This document shows, piece by piece, positions 1 through 11,559 of a stretch of DNA of 64,000 nucleotides. The translations under genes and the position numbers were made by a program. The notes beneath the pieces were generated by a model. It saw nothing but the letters and a program-made list of their open reading frames with translations. It was not told the origin of the DNA and ran no database searches. Origin of the DNA: an uncultured archaeon. Its GTDB lineage: Archaea; Asgardarchaeota; Lokiarchaeia; Sigyniarchaeales; SOKP01. Numbering within the stretch: the first letter of the stretch is position 1; the number at the start of each line of letters is the position of its first letter. Location of the stretch: positions 224,001 to 288,000 of the forward strand of contig CAZALK010000002.1 in the NCBI GenBank assembly GCA_964486045.1, written 5' to 3'.

Positions 1-972
1 TATACTTATATCTCTAATGCCTGGTAATCTTTCTTTAATCCGGTTAGCACCTAGATGAGTGAGATCTAAATGGACATAAGCATTCTTAAATCCTCTTCCC
101 TCAAGAACTTCTGTCTCTATTGATCTGGCCACGATATCACGTGGAGCTAGCTCCATAGCTTTTGGGGCAGTTTTTTCCATAAAACGTTCACCTTTAGAAT
201 TAAATAAATACCCCCCTTCACCTCGAGCACCCTCAGTAATGAGTATATTGGTACCGAATAGCGTAGTTGGGTGAAATTGAACAAATTCTACATCCTGCAT
301 TGGGACACCAATTCTAAAAGCTGCCCCCACTCCATCACCAGTATTAATAACAGCATTAGTTGAGCGTTTAAAAATACGACCAAAACCCCCTGTAGCTAAA
401 ATAATATATGGTGCGCGAAATGAAACAAGTTCACCTTTTTTAATATCAAGGGTAATCAATCCTGCAATCCTACCATCTGTTTTATAAAGATCTACTAAAA
501 AATATTCATCAAAGAAAGTCACACCATTTCGAACAGATTGTTCATTGAGAGTATGAAGTAACGCATGACCCGTTCTATCACCAGCATAACAAGTACGAGG
601 AAATCCAGCACCACCGAAAGGACGTTGTGCTATTAAACCAGATTCTAATCTTGAAAAAGGAGCACCCATACTCTCAAATTCGACAACAATCTTAGGTGCT
701 TCTTCACACATGAACAATACAACATCCTGATCTGCAAGATAATCAGAGCCTTTTACTGTGTCAAATGCATGTTCTTTGGGAGTGTCGTCTTTCCCTTCTT
801 CTAGATTACCTAGGGCGGCATTGATCCCTCCTTGCGCAGCTCCGGAATGGCTGCGAACAGGAAAAACTTTACTAATAACCGCAATATTCCATTTAGTTGA
901 TAATTCTAATGCTGCCCTTAAGCCGCTAAGTCCCGCTCCAACAACTAAAACGTCAAATTCTTCGGTTTTCAT
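1..972 (-). CDS. sdhA: Succinate dehydrogenase/fumarate reductase flavoprotein subunit (5' part; runs off window start)
   Basis: Not in ORF track. Manual translation from ATG at 972: [17 protein letters not shown]...[16 protein letters not shown] (covalent-FAD His motif), later [26 protein letters not shown]. Confidence 0.92.
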   Translation of the reverse strand, partial: MKTEEFDVLVVGAGLSGLRAALELSTKWNIAVISKVFPVRSHSGAAQGGINAALGNLEEGKDDTPKEHAFDTVKGSDYLADQDVVLFMCEEAPKIVVEFESMGAPFSRLESGLIAQRPFGGAGFPRTCYAGDRTGHALLHTLNEQSVRNGVTFFDEYFLVDLYKTDGRIAGLITLDIKKGELVSFRAPYIILATGGFGRIFKRSTNAVINTGDGVGAAFRIGVPMQDVEFVQFHPTTLFGTNILITEGARGEGGYLFNSKGERFMEKTAPKAMELAPRDIVARSIETEVLEGRGFKNAYVHLDLTHLGANRIKERLPGIRDISI

Positions 973-1260
973 TAAATATCATATTTTATTGTATTGAATA
1001 AAAACATTTTACTAATAAGATATAAATGTTCATATTACTCTTGCAGATATCGAACGAGCATATAAAGAAGTAGAGGAGTTTCAACGACTAATTGAAAGGG
1101 GCAGAACTCCAGAACAGATTTTCGAGAACTTGCTTAGAATGATTGAAGATAGATATTTAAATAAACATAATGATAAGAGACGATTTCCTTTAAAAGTCAG
1201 TAATGACTCGATTTCCCGTAAAAAAAAAGGAATTTTTTTATAAATCATAAATTTACTGTT

Positions 1261-1272
1261 ATGTATATACAT
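1261..1272. promoter_or_regulatory. Perfect 12-bp palindrome ATGTATATACAT, candidate operator upstream of the UPF0175/PIN pair
   Basis: Palindrome seen directly about 50 bp upstream of the antitoxin start; function inferred. Confidence 0.3.
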
Positions 1273-1323
1273 TAATAATTAAATTTCTTATATATGATTA
1301 AATAAGAAAAGGGGAAAATAATT

Positions 1324-1548
1324 ATGGTTCAAAGAAGCGATTCAAAACAGTATTGGTTTGATCAAGAAAATTTACTCAAACCTATAGACTGGGAATACAT
1401 AAAAACACTTTCTGATGCAGTTCAAGATGTTCTAGAGTTATATATGCGTGGAGAGATCTCGATTGGTAAAGCATCTGAAATTGCACGCTTAAGCTATCGA
1501 GAATTTGATGATATTCGTGCAAATGCTAGAATTCCGATACATGTTTAA
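1324..1548 (+). CDS. UPF0175-family HTH antitoxin
   Basis: LYMRGEISIGKASEIARLS motif; small; directly upstream of a PIN gene. Confidence 0.8.
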   Translation: MVQRSDSKQYWFDQENLLKPIDWEYIKTLSDAVQDVLELYMRGEISIGKASEIARLSYREFDDIRANARIPIHV

Positions 1549-1559
1549 CTTATGTTGAA

Positions 1560-2096
1560 ATAATCGTAATTTCTGATACATCTCCTATTGTTTTTTTCGC
1601 AAAGCTCTCAAAATTAACCTTATTAAGAGATCTATATTCTACAATTTTCATTCCCTTTGCCGTCTGGGAAGAATTGATACTTCCACTTTCTAAACCAAAA
1701 GGAGAAGTTCCTTCGGATATTGAAAATGAAATGAAAGCAAAAGATGAAGGATGGTTAGTTGTAAAAGATCCGGAATCATATCTCTACCGTGAGATTGCTT
1801 TGAATCTCTCTAAAAACTTGGGACGTGGTGAGGCATACGCCATTGCATTGAGTTTAGAGTTAAAAGCAGATATTCTTCTTATTAATGATAGTGAAGCTAG
1901 AAAAGTAACAGAATCTAAAGGAATTAAAACTAAATGGAGTACTGAGGTTCTTTTAGATGCATTAGAAAGTAATATAATCAAAAATTATAAAGAATTTGAA
2001 GAATTGCTAAATAGAATGATTGAGATTGGTTTATGGATAGAGAAATCTTTATATGATGATATTTTAAATAAGGCAAAAGTTATTAAGAAAAAATAA
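1560..2096 (+). CDS. DUF3368-type PIN-domain toxin (no canonical start; possibly frameshifted)
   Basis: Frame is open 38 codons upstream of the track start and reads IIVISDTSPIVFFAK (first PIN Asp); LGRGEAYAIAL and LLINDSEARK motifs. Confidence 0.75.
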   Translation: MIVISDTSPIVFFAKLSKLTLLRDLYSTIFIPFAVWEELILPLSKPKGEVPSDIENEMKAKDEGWLVVKDPESYLYREIALNLSKNLGRGEAYAIALSLELKADILLINDSEARKVTESKGIKTKWSTEVLLDALESNIIKNYKEFEELLNRMIEIGLWIEKSLYDDILNKAKVIKKK

Positions 2097-2119
2097 TCCA
2101 GAACATAAAAGAATACTAA

Positions 2120-2992
2120 TTATCGAAAAGCATTTAATAAATCATTAAATTTATCTTTATCTAAATCTCTCTGGTATAAAGGTCTCTTATCATTATCATA
2201 AATGCGAACATTTTCTTCATAGGATTTACGGTTAGGATTAATATAAAGTACACCCAACGCAAATCTTTTTGTATCCAAGGCTAACTTCATAGCAGATTCT
2301 TGATTATAAGGATTATGTGAATCATCTATGTAATAACTATTAGATTTGTACCACTGGAATGTATTTACTCTATTAAAAGTCACGCATGGGCAAAGTAAGT
2401 CTATTAATGCATAACCTTTATGACTTATTGCTTTTATCAAAATCTCTTTTGTTTTTTCTATATCTCCAACAAAAGACCTGGCCACAAATGACGCATTTAA
2501 AGCAATCGCAACTGCAACCGCATTAAAGGGCTCATTTATAACTCCAAATACTTGAACTTTTGTCTTAAATCCTAATTGACTGGTTGGAGATGCTTGACCT
2601 TTTGTTAAGCCAAAGATCATATTGTTATGCACAAGATTTACAATATCAGGATTATATCGAATGGTGTGTAAAAAATGATTACCCCCTTCACTAAGCGTGC
2701 ATCCATCGCCACTAACGGCAATAACATGGAGTTCCGGATTAGCTGCTTTTATCCCAAGTGCCACTGATAAATACCTTCCATGGAGTCCATTGAAACTTTG
2801 CGATTTCATAAAATGAGGAAATTTTCCTGCCTGACCGATCCCTGATACTAATACAAGATCTTTAGGTTTAATACCTAATTCTGTCAGAGTTTCTTTCATT
2901 ACTTTCATAGCACTAAAATTCCCACATCCGGGACACCAGTGAATTTCAGTATCTAAATCAAATTCAGTTTTTGAAATCTTAATCACCATCAA
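2120..2992 (-). CDS. korB: 2-oxoacid:ferredoxin oxidoreductase beta subunit (TPP-binding)
   Basis: WCPGCG, GLHGR, SGDG..., [17 protein letters not shown]. Confidence 0.9.
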   Translation of the reverse strand: MMVIKISKTEFDLDTEIHWCPGCGNFSAMKVMKETLTELGIKPKDLVLVSGIGQAGKFPHFMKSQSFNGLHGRYLSVALGIKAANPELHVIAVSGDGCTLSEGGNHFLHTIRYNPDIVNLVHNNMIFGLTKGQASPTSQLGFKTKVQVFGVINEPFNAVAVAIALNASFVARSFVGDIEKTKEILIKAISHKGYALIDLLCPCVTFNRVNTFQWYKSNSYYIDDSHNPYNQESAMKLALDTKRFALGVLYINPNRKSYEENVRIYDNDKRPLYQRDLDKDKFNDLLNAFR

Positions 2993-4691
2993 TTATTTTT
3001 TTTAATCTATCAACAATTTCTTCTACAGAAAACACGTATCCACTGTATTTTAAAATCCTATGATTCATATTAATATGTGTTTCATTCTCTAAAAGTTTTG
3101 CGAACTGTCCTGTAGGATTTTGTTCGATCGAAATTTTAATTTCTGCTTTGATAAGATAATCACGCACAATTTCATGAACAGGGTATATTTGCTTAAAAAA
3201 TAAAAAACTAATGTCATCTCTATTTAATCTTTCTAAAGCTTCCTTGATTAAATAATAATTACTCCCCCAACTGACTATCAAATATTTAAAATCTTCATTT
3301 CCATAAAATTCTGGTGGAATTGTCTCCTTTTTAATCAGTTCCAACTTTTTGAACCGCTTGCTGACAGTTTTATTTCTTAAAGCTGGATCTTCTGTAATTA
3401 TTCCATATTCATCGTGAGTATGACTGTCCGCATCAACTAACCCCTCACCATATCCAGGGATACCGCGAGGAGAAATACCAGTATTTGTAAAACGATATCT
3501 TTCATAGTTTTCATCAGTTTTTATAATATTTTTTAGAATTTCTAAGGAATCAAGATCTAATGAGTGAATATTATAGTATGAATCTACCAGATATTGATCA
3601 GTAAGAATAAATACAGGCACATGAAATTTTTGAGTAAGGTTAAACGCATTTTGAGTCAATTTAAATGCGTCTTCGATAGTCCCGGGGGAAAAAATTATTC
3701 TTGGAAACCAGCCTGCACCAGCATGTAAGACAAGTTCAATATCCTCTTGGCATGTTCTTGTTGGCATTCCTGTCGCAGGACCTGGTCGTTGACCTACAAC
3801 AATTACTATTGGTAATTCAGTCATGCCCGCAAGACTCACTCCCTCTGTCATAAGGGAAAAACCTCCACCAGATGTAGATACAAATGATCGAGCACCTGCA
3901 TAAGATGCACCTAGGGTTTTATTTATAGCGCTTATCTCATCCTCAGTTTGATCTACAATCATCCCAAATTCAAGAGCATGTTGAGCCAAAAATGTACCAA
4001 TGCCCGTAGAAGGTGCCATAGGATAAAAACAAGCAAAATTACACCCTCCAGCAATGGCTCCTAATGCAATGGCTTGAGTCCCATCTAGTATATAATCATC
4101 TATTAACTCAGGATTTTTCTTTATTTCAAATTTTTGATTAATTTGGTTGGAATTTATTAAGTCTTTAATTACATCATAACCCTTATCTGCGGCTTTAATG
4201 TTATTATTTATAATTTCTTGTCCTTTTGTTTTGAAATTTTCTTTTAGCAACTCATAAAGAATAGTTCTTTCAGCTTTCAACATACATAGAATTACACCTA
4301 ATGCTATGATATTGGCGTAAATCTTTCCGCCAACTGTATTTGAGAGCTCAGTAAAAGGGATTTCTACAGTGTTAGTTTCAATATCAGGGATAGTCTCAAT
4401 AAAATGTTTTTCACCAATGATTAAGGTCTTGGAAGATATCCTTTCTTTCAAATAAGGTAAAGCCTCCTCGTTTAGCGGAACTAGTAAATCAATTTGATCA
4501 AGATAAGCACGAACTGGTTTAGAAGATACTCGGATAGCTGTAGAATTAACACCTCCTCTAACTCTTGACATGTACTCTCTTGTTGCGAATACATGATAAC
4601 CGGTTTTTTTTAATGTTTTTGTTAATAATGCTTCAACAGTTTGGATCCCTTGACCTGCAGCACCACAGAGAACTATTGAAATACCATTCAT
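2979..4691 (-). CDS. korA: 2-oxoacid:ferredoxin oxidoreductase alpha subunit (gamma-alpha fusion)
   Basis: [44 protein letters not shown]; overlaps korB. Confidence 0.9.
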   Translation of the reverse strand: MNGISIVLCGAAGQGIQTVEALLTKTLKKTGYHVFATREYMSRVRGGVNSTAIRVSSKPVRAYLDQIDLLVPLNEEALPYLKERISSKTLIIGEKHFIETIPDIETNTVEIPFTELSNTVGGKIYANIIALGVILCMLKAERTILYELLKENFKTKGQEIINNNIKAADKGYDVIKDLINSNQINQKFEIKKNPELIDDYILDGTQAIALGAIAGGCNFACFYPMAPSTGIGTFLAQHALEFGMIVDQTEDEISAINKTLGASYAGARSFVSTSGGGFSLMTEGVSLAGMTELPIVIVVGQRPGPATGMPTRTCQEDIELVLHAGAGWFPRIIFSPGTIEDAFKLTQNAFNLTQKFHVPVFILTDQYLVDSYYNIHSLDLDSLEILKNIIKTDENYERYRFTNTGISPRGIPGYGEGLVDADSHTHDEYGIITEDPALRNKTVSKRFKKLELIKKETIPPEFYGNEDFKYLIVSWGSNYYLIKEALERLNRDDISFLFFKQIYPVHEIVRDYLIKAEIKISIEQNPTGQFAKLLENETHINMNHRILKYSGYVFSVEEIVDRLKKIIDGD

Positions 4692-4916
4692 ATCTTTTTT
4701 TCACCCATATTTCACACTGTAAGAATTAATATTTCTGATTAAAGTAAGTGAACTAAGTTTAAATTTAAGATTATATTATTCTCGGGAATATAAGATTAAA
4801 AAGGCTTTTTTTATAGTTTATAAATATTTTCTAATGGAAATATCAACCCATTTTTTATTAATTACTATTAATTTACCTAAAAAACGTATAAACTAATCAT
4901 TCTAAATTTAACAATC

Positions 4917-5738
4917 ATGTCAGTTATAGGTATAAATAAAGAAAAATGCTCAAATTGTAAACAATGTATCCAAGAATGTGGTCGTGTTTATTTTTATGTT
5001 GATAATAATGGAGAGGTAGTTTTCAATGAACGATTAAATGCATGTAATATATGTGGTCATTGTATAGCAATCTGTCCTGAAGATGCTATATTAACAAAAG
5101 ATCTAGATGATGTGGAGACTTACCCCGGAATTGATACACCTGAAACTATTGTAGAGAGTGAAAAATTGCTTAGACTTCTTCGTGCTAAACGATCAATTAG
5201 ACGTTATAAAAATAAAAAGGTTCCAAAAGAATTACTAGAAAAAGTTTTTGAAGCTATGAGATATGCTCCAAGTGCTTCTAATGCTCGAAAGTGGCGCTAT
5301 GTAATTTTATCTGATCCTGAAAGAATTAAAGCATTAAACAATGAAGTTGTTAAAGCAAATTATGCTTATATGGGATTTCAATCAGGAGAGCAAGCAATCA
5401 AATATTTTGAATCTACTGGAAGGGGTATTTTCTATAACGCACCACATTTGATTGTGCTTTATTATAGGATTGTTGAAAAAAGTTCTGTTATGGTTGGATT
5501 ACGAGCAAATGATGCAGGAATTGCTTTAACTTATGGAATGTTAGAAGCTGAAAGTCTTGGGCTTGGAACTTGCTGGATTGGATTGGTCCAAGGAGCTGTT
5601 CCTATGAACAAGGAAATTTTAAATGTTTTGGGTATAAAAGGAATGGTGCTTGGAACTTTTACATTGGGTTACCCAGCTGTTAAATACCGTAGGACAGCCC
5701 CGAGACCACCTCTTAAAATAAAAGGACTGGAAAATTAA
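4917..5738 (+). CDS. Nitroreductase with N-terminal 2x[4Fe-4S] domain
   Basis: CSNCKQC..C and CNICGHCIAICP; KRSIRRY, APSASN, LGLGTCWIG. Confidence 0.88.
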   Translation: MSVIGINKEKCSNCKQCIQECGRVYFYVDNNGEVVFNERLNACNICGHCIAICPEDAILTKDLDDVETYPGIDTPETIVESEKLLRLLRAKRSIRRYKNKKVPKELLEKVFEAMRYAPSASNARKWRYVILSDPERIKALNNEVVKANYAYMGFQSGEQAIKYFESTGRGIFYNAPHLIVLYYRIVEKSSVMVGLRANDAGIALTYGMLEAESLGLGTCWIGLVQGAVPMNKEILNVLGIKGMVLGTFTLGYPAVKYRRTAPRPPLKIKGLEN

Positions 5739-5789
5739 GGATTATTCACAAGAAATATTTCTGTAAGTAGAATTTTCATTAAAGGAATA

Positions 5790-6227
5790 TTATAATATTT
5801 TATCTAAATTTTTAGTTATTTCTAATAATTCTTTGATAAAGTTTTTTACATCAATTAATTCTTCTTTTACATATGTAAGAACCTTGGAATTGTCTACTTT
5901 TGCATAGCTGTGAACAAGAATATTTCTAAACCTAGCCATGTCAGATAACTTTCTACTCAATTCAGATTCAATAATATTATTATTTTTAAGAATTTCAAAC
6001 ATTTCAGCGTAACTTTCCGCCCTTTCAAATCCTTTTACAGAAATAATATGTGAAGCAATATCAATACATGATTCAATTATTTCAAACAGGGAGTACTTTA
6101 CAGCTTGAACGTCCTTATAATTGCTCAAAAATTTTTCTATTTCTACGCTTTTATATTCATCTAAAAATTTTAAATTCTTTTCAATAATATCAATTTTATC
6201 TTGGATTAAATCCTTATCTATTTGCAT
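5790..6227 (-). CDS. hepT: HepT-like (DUF86) HEPN RNase toxin
   Basis: RNILVHSY = RX4HXY motif. Confidence 0.88.
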   Translation of the reverse strand: MQIDKDLIQDKIDIIEKNLKFLDEYKSVEIEKFLSNYKDVQAVKYSLFEIIESCIDIASHIISVKGFERAESYAEMFEILKNNNIIESELSRKLSDMARFRNILVHSYAKVDNSKVLTYVKEELIDVKNFIKELLEITKNLDKIL

Positions 6228-6633
6228 ATCTATATCTTCTCATTGTTTCATATAATTCAGAATGAGGTTTAAAATCTAAATATTCTTTCATAATCCTTGA
6301 TTCAAACTGGACTCTTTTGAAATCATCTACCGAGTATACTAATTTTGAATTTTTAAGCACTGAATAAAGGAATCTTAATGGCTTTCCGTTTAAAATTCGA
6401 ACATCAATAGATTTATAGATACCGATTGAGTCTTTGAATATTTTTTCTAACTTTCCCGCTAATTTAACTTCATACATATAATTAGGCTTGGATCCTTCAA
6501 GAATTAAGAGCCCGATATCTATATCTTTGTAACTTTCACTGTATGAAGCAGATCCATAAAGGTAAGTGGCTATTATCTTCTTTTCTTTAGACAGAATTTC
6601 CTTAAATGCATTCTTTATTTTTTCTAATTTCAT
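6214..6633 (-). CDS. mntA: MntA-like minimal nucleotidyltransferase antitoxin
   Basis: YLYGS...DIDIG; overlaps hepT. Confidence 0.85.
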   Translation of the reverse strand: MKLEKIKNAFKEILSKEKKIIATYLYGSASYSESYKDIDIGLLILEGSKPNYMYEVKLAGKLEKIFKDSIGIYKSIDVRILNGKPLRFLYSVLKNSKLVYSVDDFKRVQFESRIMKEYLDFKPHSELYETMRRYRYANR

Positions 6634-6752
6634 TTATAATAATTCTAATACCTATCCCATTAAATATATTTTTTCCTAGCTGATTTTATTGTTCGATTTT
6701 TTTAGTTTTTTAGAATATCTAAGAAGGATATTATCTAGTTGAAATTTTAATC

Positions 6753-8171
6753 TTATAAACCCATTTCATGCAATTTTTGCATGATTTCTTGCTTTTTCTT
6801 TCCCTTCAAATCATACCACTTATAAAAAACTAAAGCTCCTACGATACAAAAGATAAAGGGTAAAATACCTTGAATCAGACGAAGACCAAATATTCCATTC
6901 TCACTTGGACTATCGGGGTTATAAAGTGTGACTATATGGATAATCGCAACAATAAAGCTCTGAATTGTAACTGAGATTTTAGTAAAAAAATTCCTAATTC
7001 CCAACAATGTTGCTTGGTGGTGCTTTTGGATTTTTAAGGCAATCTCATCATAAACATCAGCGAACAGAGGGGATAACATAATCAAAAACATTGCAATTGC
7101 AATTCCTCTTAAAAACGCTATTACAAATAACTGGAGAATATTCACAATAAAAAAATTGCCTAACATTACAAAACCAAAGAATAATAAACCCAATGAAAAT
7201 AAAGCTGAATGCTCAATTTTTTTAGCCACAATAAACCATATGGGAATTGTTAAGAGAGAAGATATAAGCATTATTAATGATTCAAAAGTTCTTACTACTT
7301 GAGGGACTCGAAGAACATCATCCACAAAATTGACCGAATTCATGCTGATTAATCCCATTGCTATCATAAAAAAAACATATGCAAGAATAACCAGCATAAA
7401 ATTTTTTTGTTTAATCGCTATTTTCATTGTTTTAAAGAAAGAAATTCTTTCTGCATGCTCGTAACCTACGATAAAACGCTCTTTTATCTCTTCTGATTCT
7501 TTTGAGCCAGGAATAAAAATTAATAGAGACCCACCTAAAATAAAAACACTTATAATTGCAGCAAACGTAAATGAAGGAGGATTCCCTGGGATAATAATTA
7601 AAGACCATACTCCTACAGTTAAAAAATTAGCTATAAATGTAAAAATTTGAGAAATTAAACCCGCTTTTCTACGATTAGACTCCCCTCTAAAGTGAGCACC
7701 AAATCCTCCAAAAGTGTGGGTGTTTATGAGTGAAAAAAAAGCGTCAAATAAACAGACAATGATAATATAATAGAGCAAGACAGGTATCACACTCCCTACT
7801 CCTGTAACATTGGGTGGGGTAAAAAGCAAGAAAAAAAGTATAATTGTTGGAATCCCACCTATTATAATCCATGGAGTGTGAAAGCCCCTTTTTTTTGTCC
7901 ATCTTGTAGGTCTATCGGTATAAAATCCAATAAGAAGTCCCACAACCATACTCCATATTGTGTATACCACGTTTGCCAGAGCCATATAAATAGGCCAAAA
8001 AGATACTATATTTGTAAAGCCGAGATTATCTTCGTAGAATGTCCATACAAAGCTATTGAAAGCCATCATAACAAAAATATTGAAGAAATATCCCATAGAA
8101 AATAAGAATATCTTAAGAGTAGGCACTTTTTTCACTTCATTTGAATTTAAACCTTTTCTTAAAGACACCAT
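6753..8171 (-). CDS. MFS transporter, GPH (MelB-like) family
   Basis: About 12 hydrophobic segments; GFYTDRPTRW, ADVYDE. Confidence 0.8.
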   Translation of the reverse strand: MVSLRKGLNSNEVKKVPTLKIFLFSMGYFFNIFVMMAFNSFVWTFYEDNLGFTNIVSFWPIYMALANVVYTIWSMVVGLLIGFYTDRPTRWTKKRGFHTPWIIIGGIPTIILFFLLFTPPNVTGVGSVIPVLLYYIIIVCLFDAFFSLINTHTFGGFGAHFRGESNRRKAGLISQIFTFIANFLTVGVWSLIIIPGNPPSFTFAAIISVFILGGSLLIFIPGSKESEEIKERFIVGYEHAERISFFKTMKIAIKQKNFMLVILAYVFFMIAMGLISMNSVNFVDDVLRVPQVVRTFESLIMLISSLLTIPIWFIVAKKIEHSALFSLGLLFFGFVMLGNFFIVNILQLFVIAFLRGIAIAMFLIMLSPLFADVYDEIALKIQKHHQATLLGIRNFFTKISVTIQSFIVAIIHIVTLYNPDSPSENGIFGLRLIQGILPFIFCIVGALVFYKWYDLKGKKKQEIMQKLHEMGL

Positions 8172-8291
8172 TTTAAGCTCTTAATAAAATTAACTCGTAA
8201 TAATCTATTTCATTTAATTATTTATTAAATTAATTCAAAAAACAGTTATAATAAATGATAAAATTAAGGATTTTTAATAAGAAATATTTCT

Positions 8292-9405
8292 GTGAGAAGT
8301 ATTTCAAGAATAGGAATATCTCTTAATTCTAATACTTGGCTTGTGTTATGGAGCGTATGGTATTTCCACAGTATTGATTTATCCCCCTCAAATAAGCGCA
8401 AAAACTCAAGAAATTATCGAATGTGCTAAAATCGCAGGAAAATATGGGGGGATATATTGTAGTCACATGAAAAATGAAGCAGATTATGTACTAGAAGCTA
8501 TTGAAGAGCTGATTGAAATTGTAGAAAAATCGGGGTGTCGAAGTGGGCAAATATCGCATATTAAAGTTGCAGGACCATTAAATTGGGGGAAAAGTGTAAA
8601 AATGCTCCAATTAATTAAGGAAGCAAATGACCGAGGATTAATAATTCGTGCCGATCAATACCCATACAAAAGAGGGATGAATTCATTGAGAAATTCTTTA
8701 CCAGAGTGGGCAAAAATGGGAGGGAATGAAGAAATTATCAAAAGACTACAAGATATTAAATCTAGAGAAAAAATAAAAAAAGACATGGAAAAAGAATTTA
8801 GTAAATCTAAAAGGTCATGGGATAAAATATTTGTAGCTTCTCAAAGAACAGATAAATGGAGAGATATAGAGGGATTATCAATATCAGAAATTAGGAATAA
8901 AAAGCAAGGCTCTAGCGAATTTGATATATTTTGCGAAATTCTCATTGATAACAATGCCAATGTGGAACAAATTACTGAATATGGGCATGAAGATGATCTT
9001 ATTACTCTAATGAAAAGTCGCTTCACTATGGTTGGAACAGATGGTTGGTCAGTACCAATGGGATCCGGTAAACTTCATCTTAGATTTAATGGAACATACC
9101 CAGGAATCCTCGGAAAATATGTCCGTGAAGAAAAAATATTAACGTTAGAACAAGCTATTAGGAAAATGACTTCGTTTCCTGCTCAAACATTAGGATTATA
9201 TGATAGAGGGATAATTCGAGAAGGGATGTGGGCAGACCTTGTAATTTTTGATCCCGATACGATCATTGATAGAGCAACCTATACCGATCCTCATCAATAT
9301 CCAGATGGGATACATTATGTAATAATAAATGGTGAAATTGTTGTAAAAGACAAGCAACACACAACAGTTAAACCTGGGAAGATTCTAAGAAAGAATTCTC
9401 ACTAA
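8292..9405 (+). pseudogene. N-acyl-D-amino-acid deacylase (amidohydrolase) remnant, 5'-truncated
   Basis: SHMKNE, QISHIK, DQYPY, GTDG, EQAIRKMTSFPA, ADLVIFDP present. The N-terminal metal/beta region is missing and a GISLN fragment lies upstream in another frame. Confidence 0.7.
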
Positions 9406-9511
9406 TTATTTTTAATGATGAGATTTTTAAACTACTTAGTATTCAAAATCATTAATCAAATTATGAACAAATATATAGACCCATTAAGCTAAATAGTAAT
9501 GAGGGATAACT

Positions 9512-10636
9512 ATTCGATTGCTAGAATATGAGTGTAAAAGGATTTTCAATAGATTTGATATTCCATTAGCAAAAAATATAATCATTGAAAAAAGTGAAAA
9601 TATTGAACAAAAAGTTGATCAATTTACATTTCCTGCAATAGTTAAGTCTCAAATTGCGATTGGCAGTAGAAAAAAAGCGGGATTGATAAAAATTGCTAAT
9701 TCTAAGGAGGAAGCTATAAATCTCTGCAAAGAATTCTTTAGTAGAGTAGTTGCTGGATTCACAGTAGAAGCAATACTTATTGAAGAATTAATTCAAATTG
9801 AACATGAATATTATTGCTCAATTGCTTTAGACGCATCGGGACGCCAATTTTTTATTATTGCTAGCACAAAAGGAGGTATTGACATTGAAGAAGTATCCAA
9901 AAATAATCCTGAGGCAATATTAAAAGAGAAATTTAGATACAATGAAGGTTTAAGCGAAAATATTGCTAATGAAATTTCTGAACAGTTAGGATTTAAAGGA
10001 GAGCTCAAAGATTCAGTTATAGATTTATTTCATAAATTATGGAAAATTACAAAGGATCTTGAAGCCCAATTAGTAGAAATAAATCCCTTAGTTCTTACCC
10101 CTTCTGGATTAGTAGCTGTTGATGGTAAAATGATATTAGATGATGATACAGTATTTCGACAACCGATTGTCCAAGAATTACAAAACAAAAAGCTTTCACA
10201 ATTAGAAAAATTAGCAAAAGACGCGGGGTTTTCATTTGTAGAACTTGAAGGTGAAATTGGTATTTTGGCAAACGGTGCTGGCCTAACGATGGCATTATTA
10301 GATGTCTTGTCTGAATTAGGTTTAAAACCGGCAAATTTTTTAGATGTAGGAGGTGGAGCAAGTAAAGAACGAGTGTATAGTGCATTGGAATTGTTATTCA
10401 AAATGAATCCTAAGTCTGTACTGGTGAATATTTATGGCGGTATTACTCGTTGCGATGTTGTAGCTGAAGCAATAATTCAAGCCTTAGAAGATTTTAAAGA
10501 TACACCTCCTATGGTAATAAGACTAACAGGTACTAACGATAAGGAGGGAATTGCTCTACTTAATAATGCGGGAATTACAGCTTATCAAGATGTAATGGAT
10601 GCTGTCCATAAAGTTAAAGAGGTAATTGAGGGTTAA
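9512..10636 (+). CDS. sucC: Succinyl-CoA synthetase beta subunit
   Basis: VKSQI..GSRKKAG, GGIDIEE, EINPL, NGAGL, NFLDVGGG, GGITRCD; start either ATT 9512 or TTG 9518. Confidence 0.92.
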   Translation: MRLLEYECKRIFNRFDIPLAKNIIIEKSENIEQKVDQFTFPAIVKSQIAIGSRKKAGLIKIANSKEEAINLCKEFFSRVVAGFTVEAILIEELIQIEHEYYCSIALDASGRQFFIIASTKGGIDIEEVSKNNPEAILKEKFRYNEGLSENIANEISEQLGFKGELKDSVIDLFHKLWKITKDLEAQLVEINPLVLTPSGLVAVDGKMILDDDTVFRQPIVQELQNKKLSQLEKLAKDAGFSFVELEGEIGILANGAGLTMALLDVLSELGLKPANFLDVGGGASKERVYSALELLFKMNPKSVLVNIYGGITRCDVVAEAIIQALEDFKDTPPMVIRLTGTNDKEGIALLNNAGITAYQDVMDAVHKVKEVIEG

Positions 10637-10637
10637 T

Positions 10638-11498
10638 ATGTATATTAATGAAAATTCCAAGGTACTAGTTCAAGGAATTACAGGAAGTCAAGGTAAGTTC
10701 CATACTCGATTAATGCTAGATTACGGGACTAATATAGTTGCAGGAGTGACTCCTAAGAAAGGAGGCCAGATGGTTCATGGGATCCCGGTATTTAATACTG
10801 TCGAAGGAGCAGAAAAAGAGGTAGGTTGTGATATAAGTATTATATTCGTTCCAGCACGTTTTACTTTTAATGCAGCTAGAGAAAGCTTAAATGCGGGAAT
10901 TAAAATGACATGTATAATAACAGAAAATGTTCCTGTTTTTGATATGATTCAGTTAATTGAGATAGCACAAGAGCGAAATCTACATATAGTAGGGCCAAAT
11001 TGCCCGGGTATGATGATTCCAGATAAGATAAAATTAGGGATAATGCCGGGGGATATGTGCAATTATGGAAATGTAGCAGTTATCTCAAAAAGTGGTACAT
11101 TATCCTATGAAATTACTAAAGCAATTGGGAATGCTGGAATTGGAGTATCCGCTTATATCGGAATTGGAGGAGATCCTGTACGAGGTACAACAATGCTAGA
11201 GGCCGTAGAATATTATTCAAATGATCCTGATACTAAATTAATTGTTTTAATTGGCGAAATTGGGAGCGATGAGGAAGAGAAAACTGCTGAATTTATTAAA
11301 CAACATACTGATAAACCAGTTGTGGCGTATATAGCTGGGAGAAGCGCTCCAGAAGGTAAACGAATGGGTCATGCGGGTGCAATTATTTCTGGTCATTTTG
11401 GAACTGCTCAAGGTAAAATAAGAGCGCTTACAGAAGCAGGAGCTACAATTGCAGAAACTCCTTGGGAAGTTCCTCAATTAATTAAACAAATTATGTAA
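10638..11498 (+). CDS. sucD: Succinyl-CoA synthetase alpha subunit
   Basis: VQGITG, GPNCPG, SKSGTL, GIGGDP, RMGHAGA (phospho-His); ATG at 10638 just after the sucC stop. Confidence 0.93.
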   Translation: MYINENSKVLVQGITGSQGKFHTRLMLDYGTNIVAGVTPKKGGQMVHGIPVFNTVEGAEKEVGCDISIIFVPARFTFNAARESLNAGIKMTCIITENVPVFDMIQLIEIAQERNLHIVGPNCPGMMIPDKIKLGIMPGDMCNYGNVAVISKSGTLSYEITKAIGNAGIGVSAYIGIGGDPVRGTTMLEAVEYYSNDPDTKLIVLIGEIGSDEEEKTAEFIKQHTDKPVVAYIAGRSAPEGKRMGHAGAIISGHFGTAQGKIRALTEAGATIAETPWEVPQLIKQIM

Positions 11499-11559
11499 GG
11501 GTGATGGAAAGGTTTTTCCAAACTCATTATGGAAATTTCTCTAGATTCCTAAATCTAAA

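Noticed and set aside
758-997. 79-aa + strand ORF in the track
   Set aside because: Antisense shadow of sdhA/frdA
11505-11520. TGGAAA-GGTT-TTTCCA hairpin between convergent genes
   Set aside because: A 6-bp stem is too weak to call a terminator
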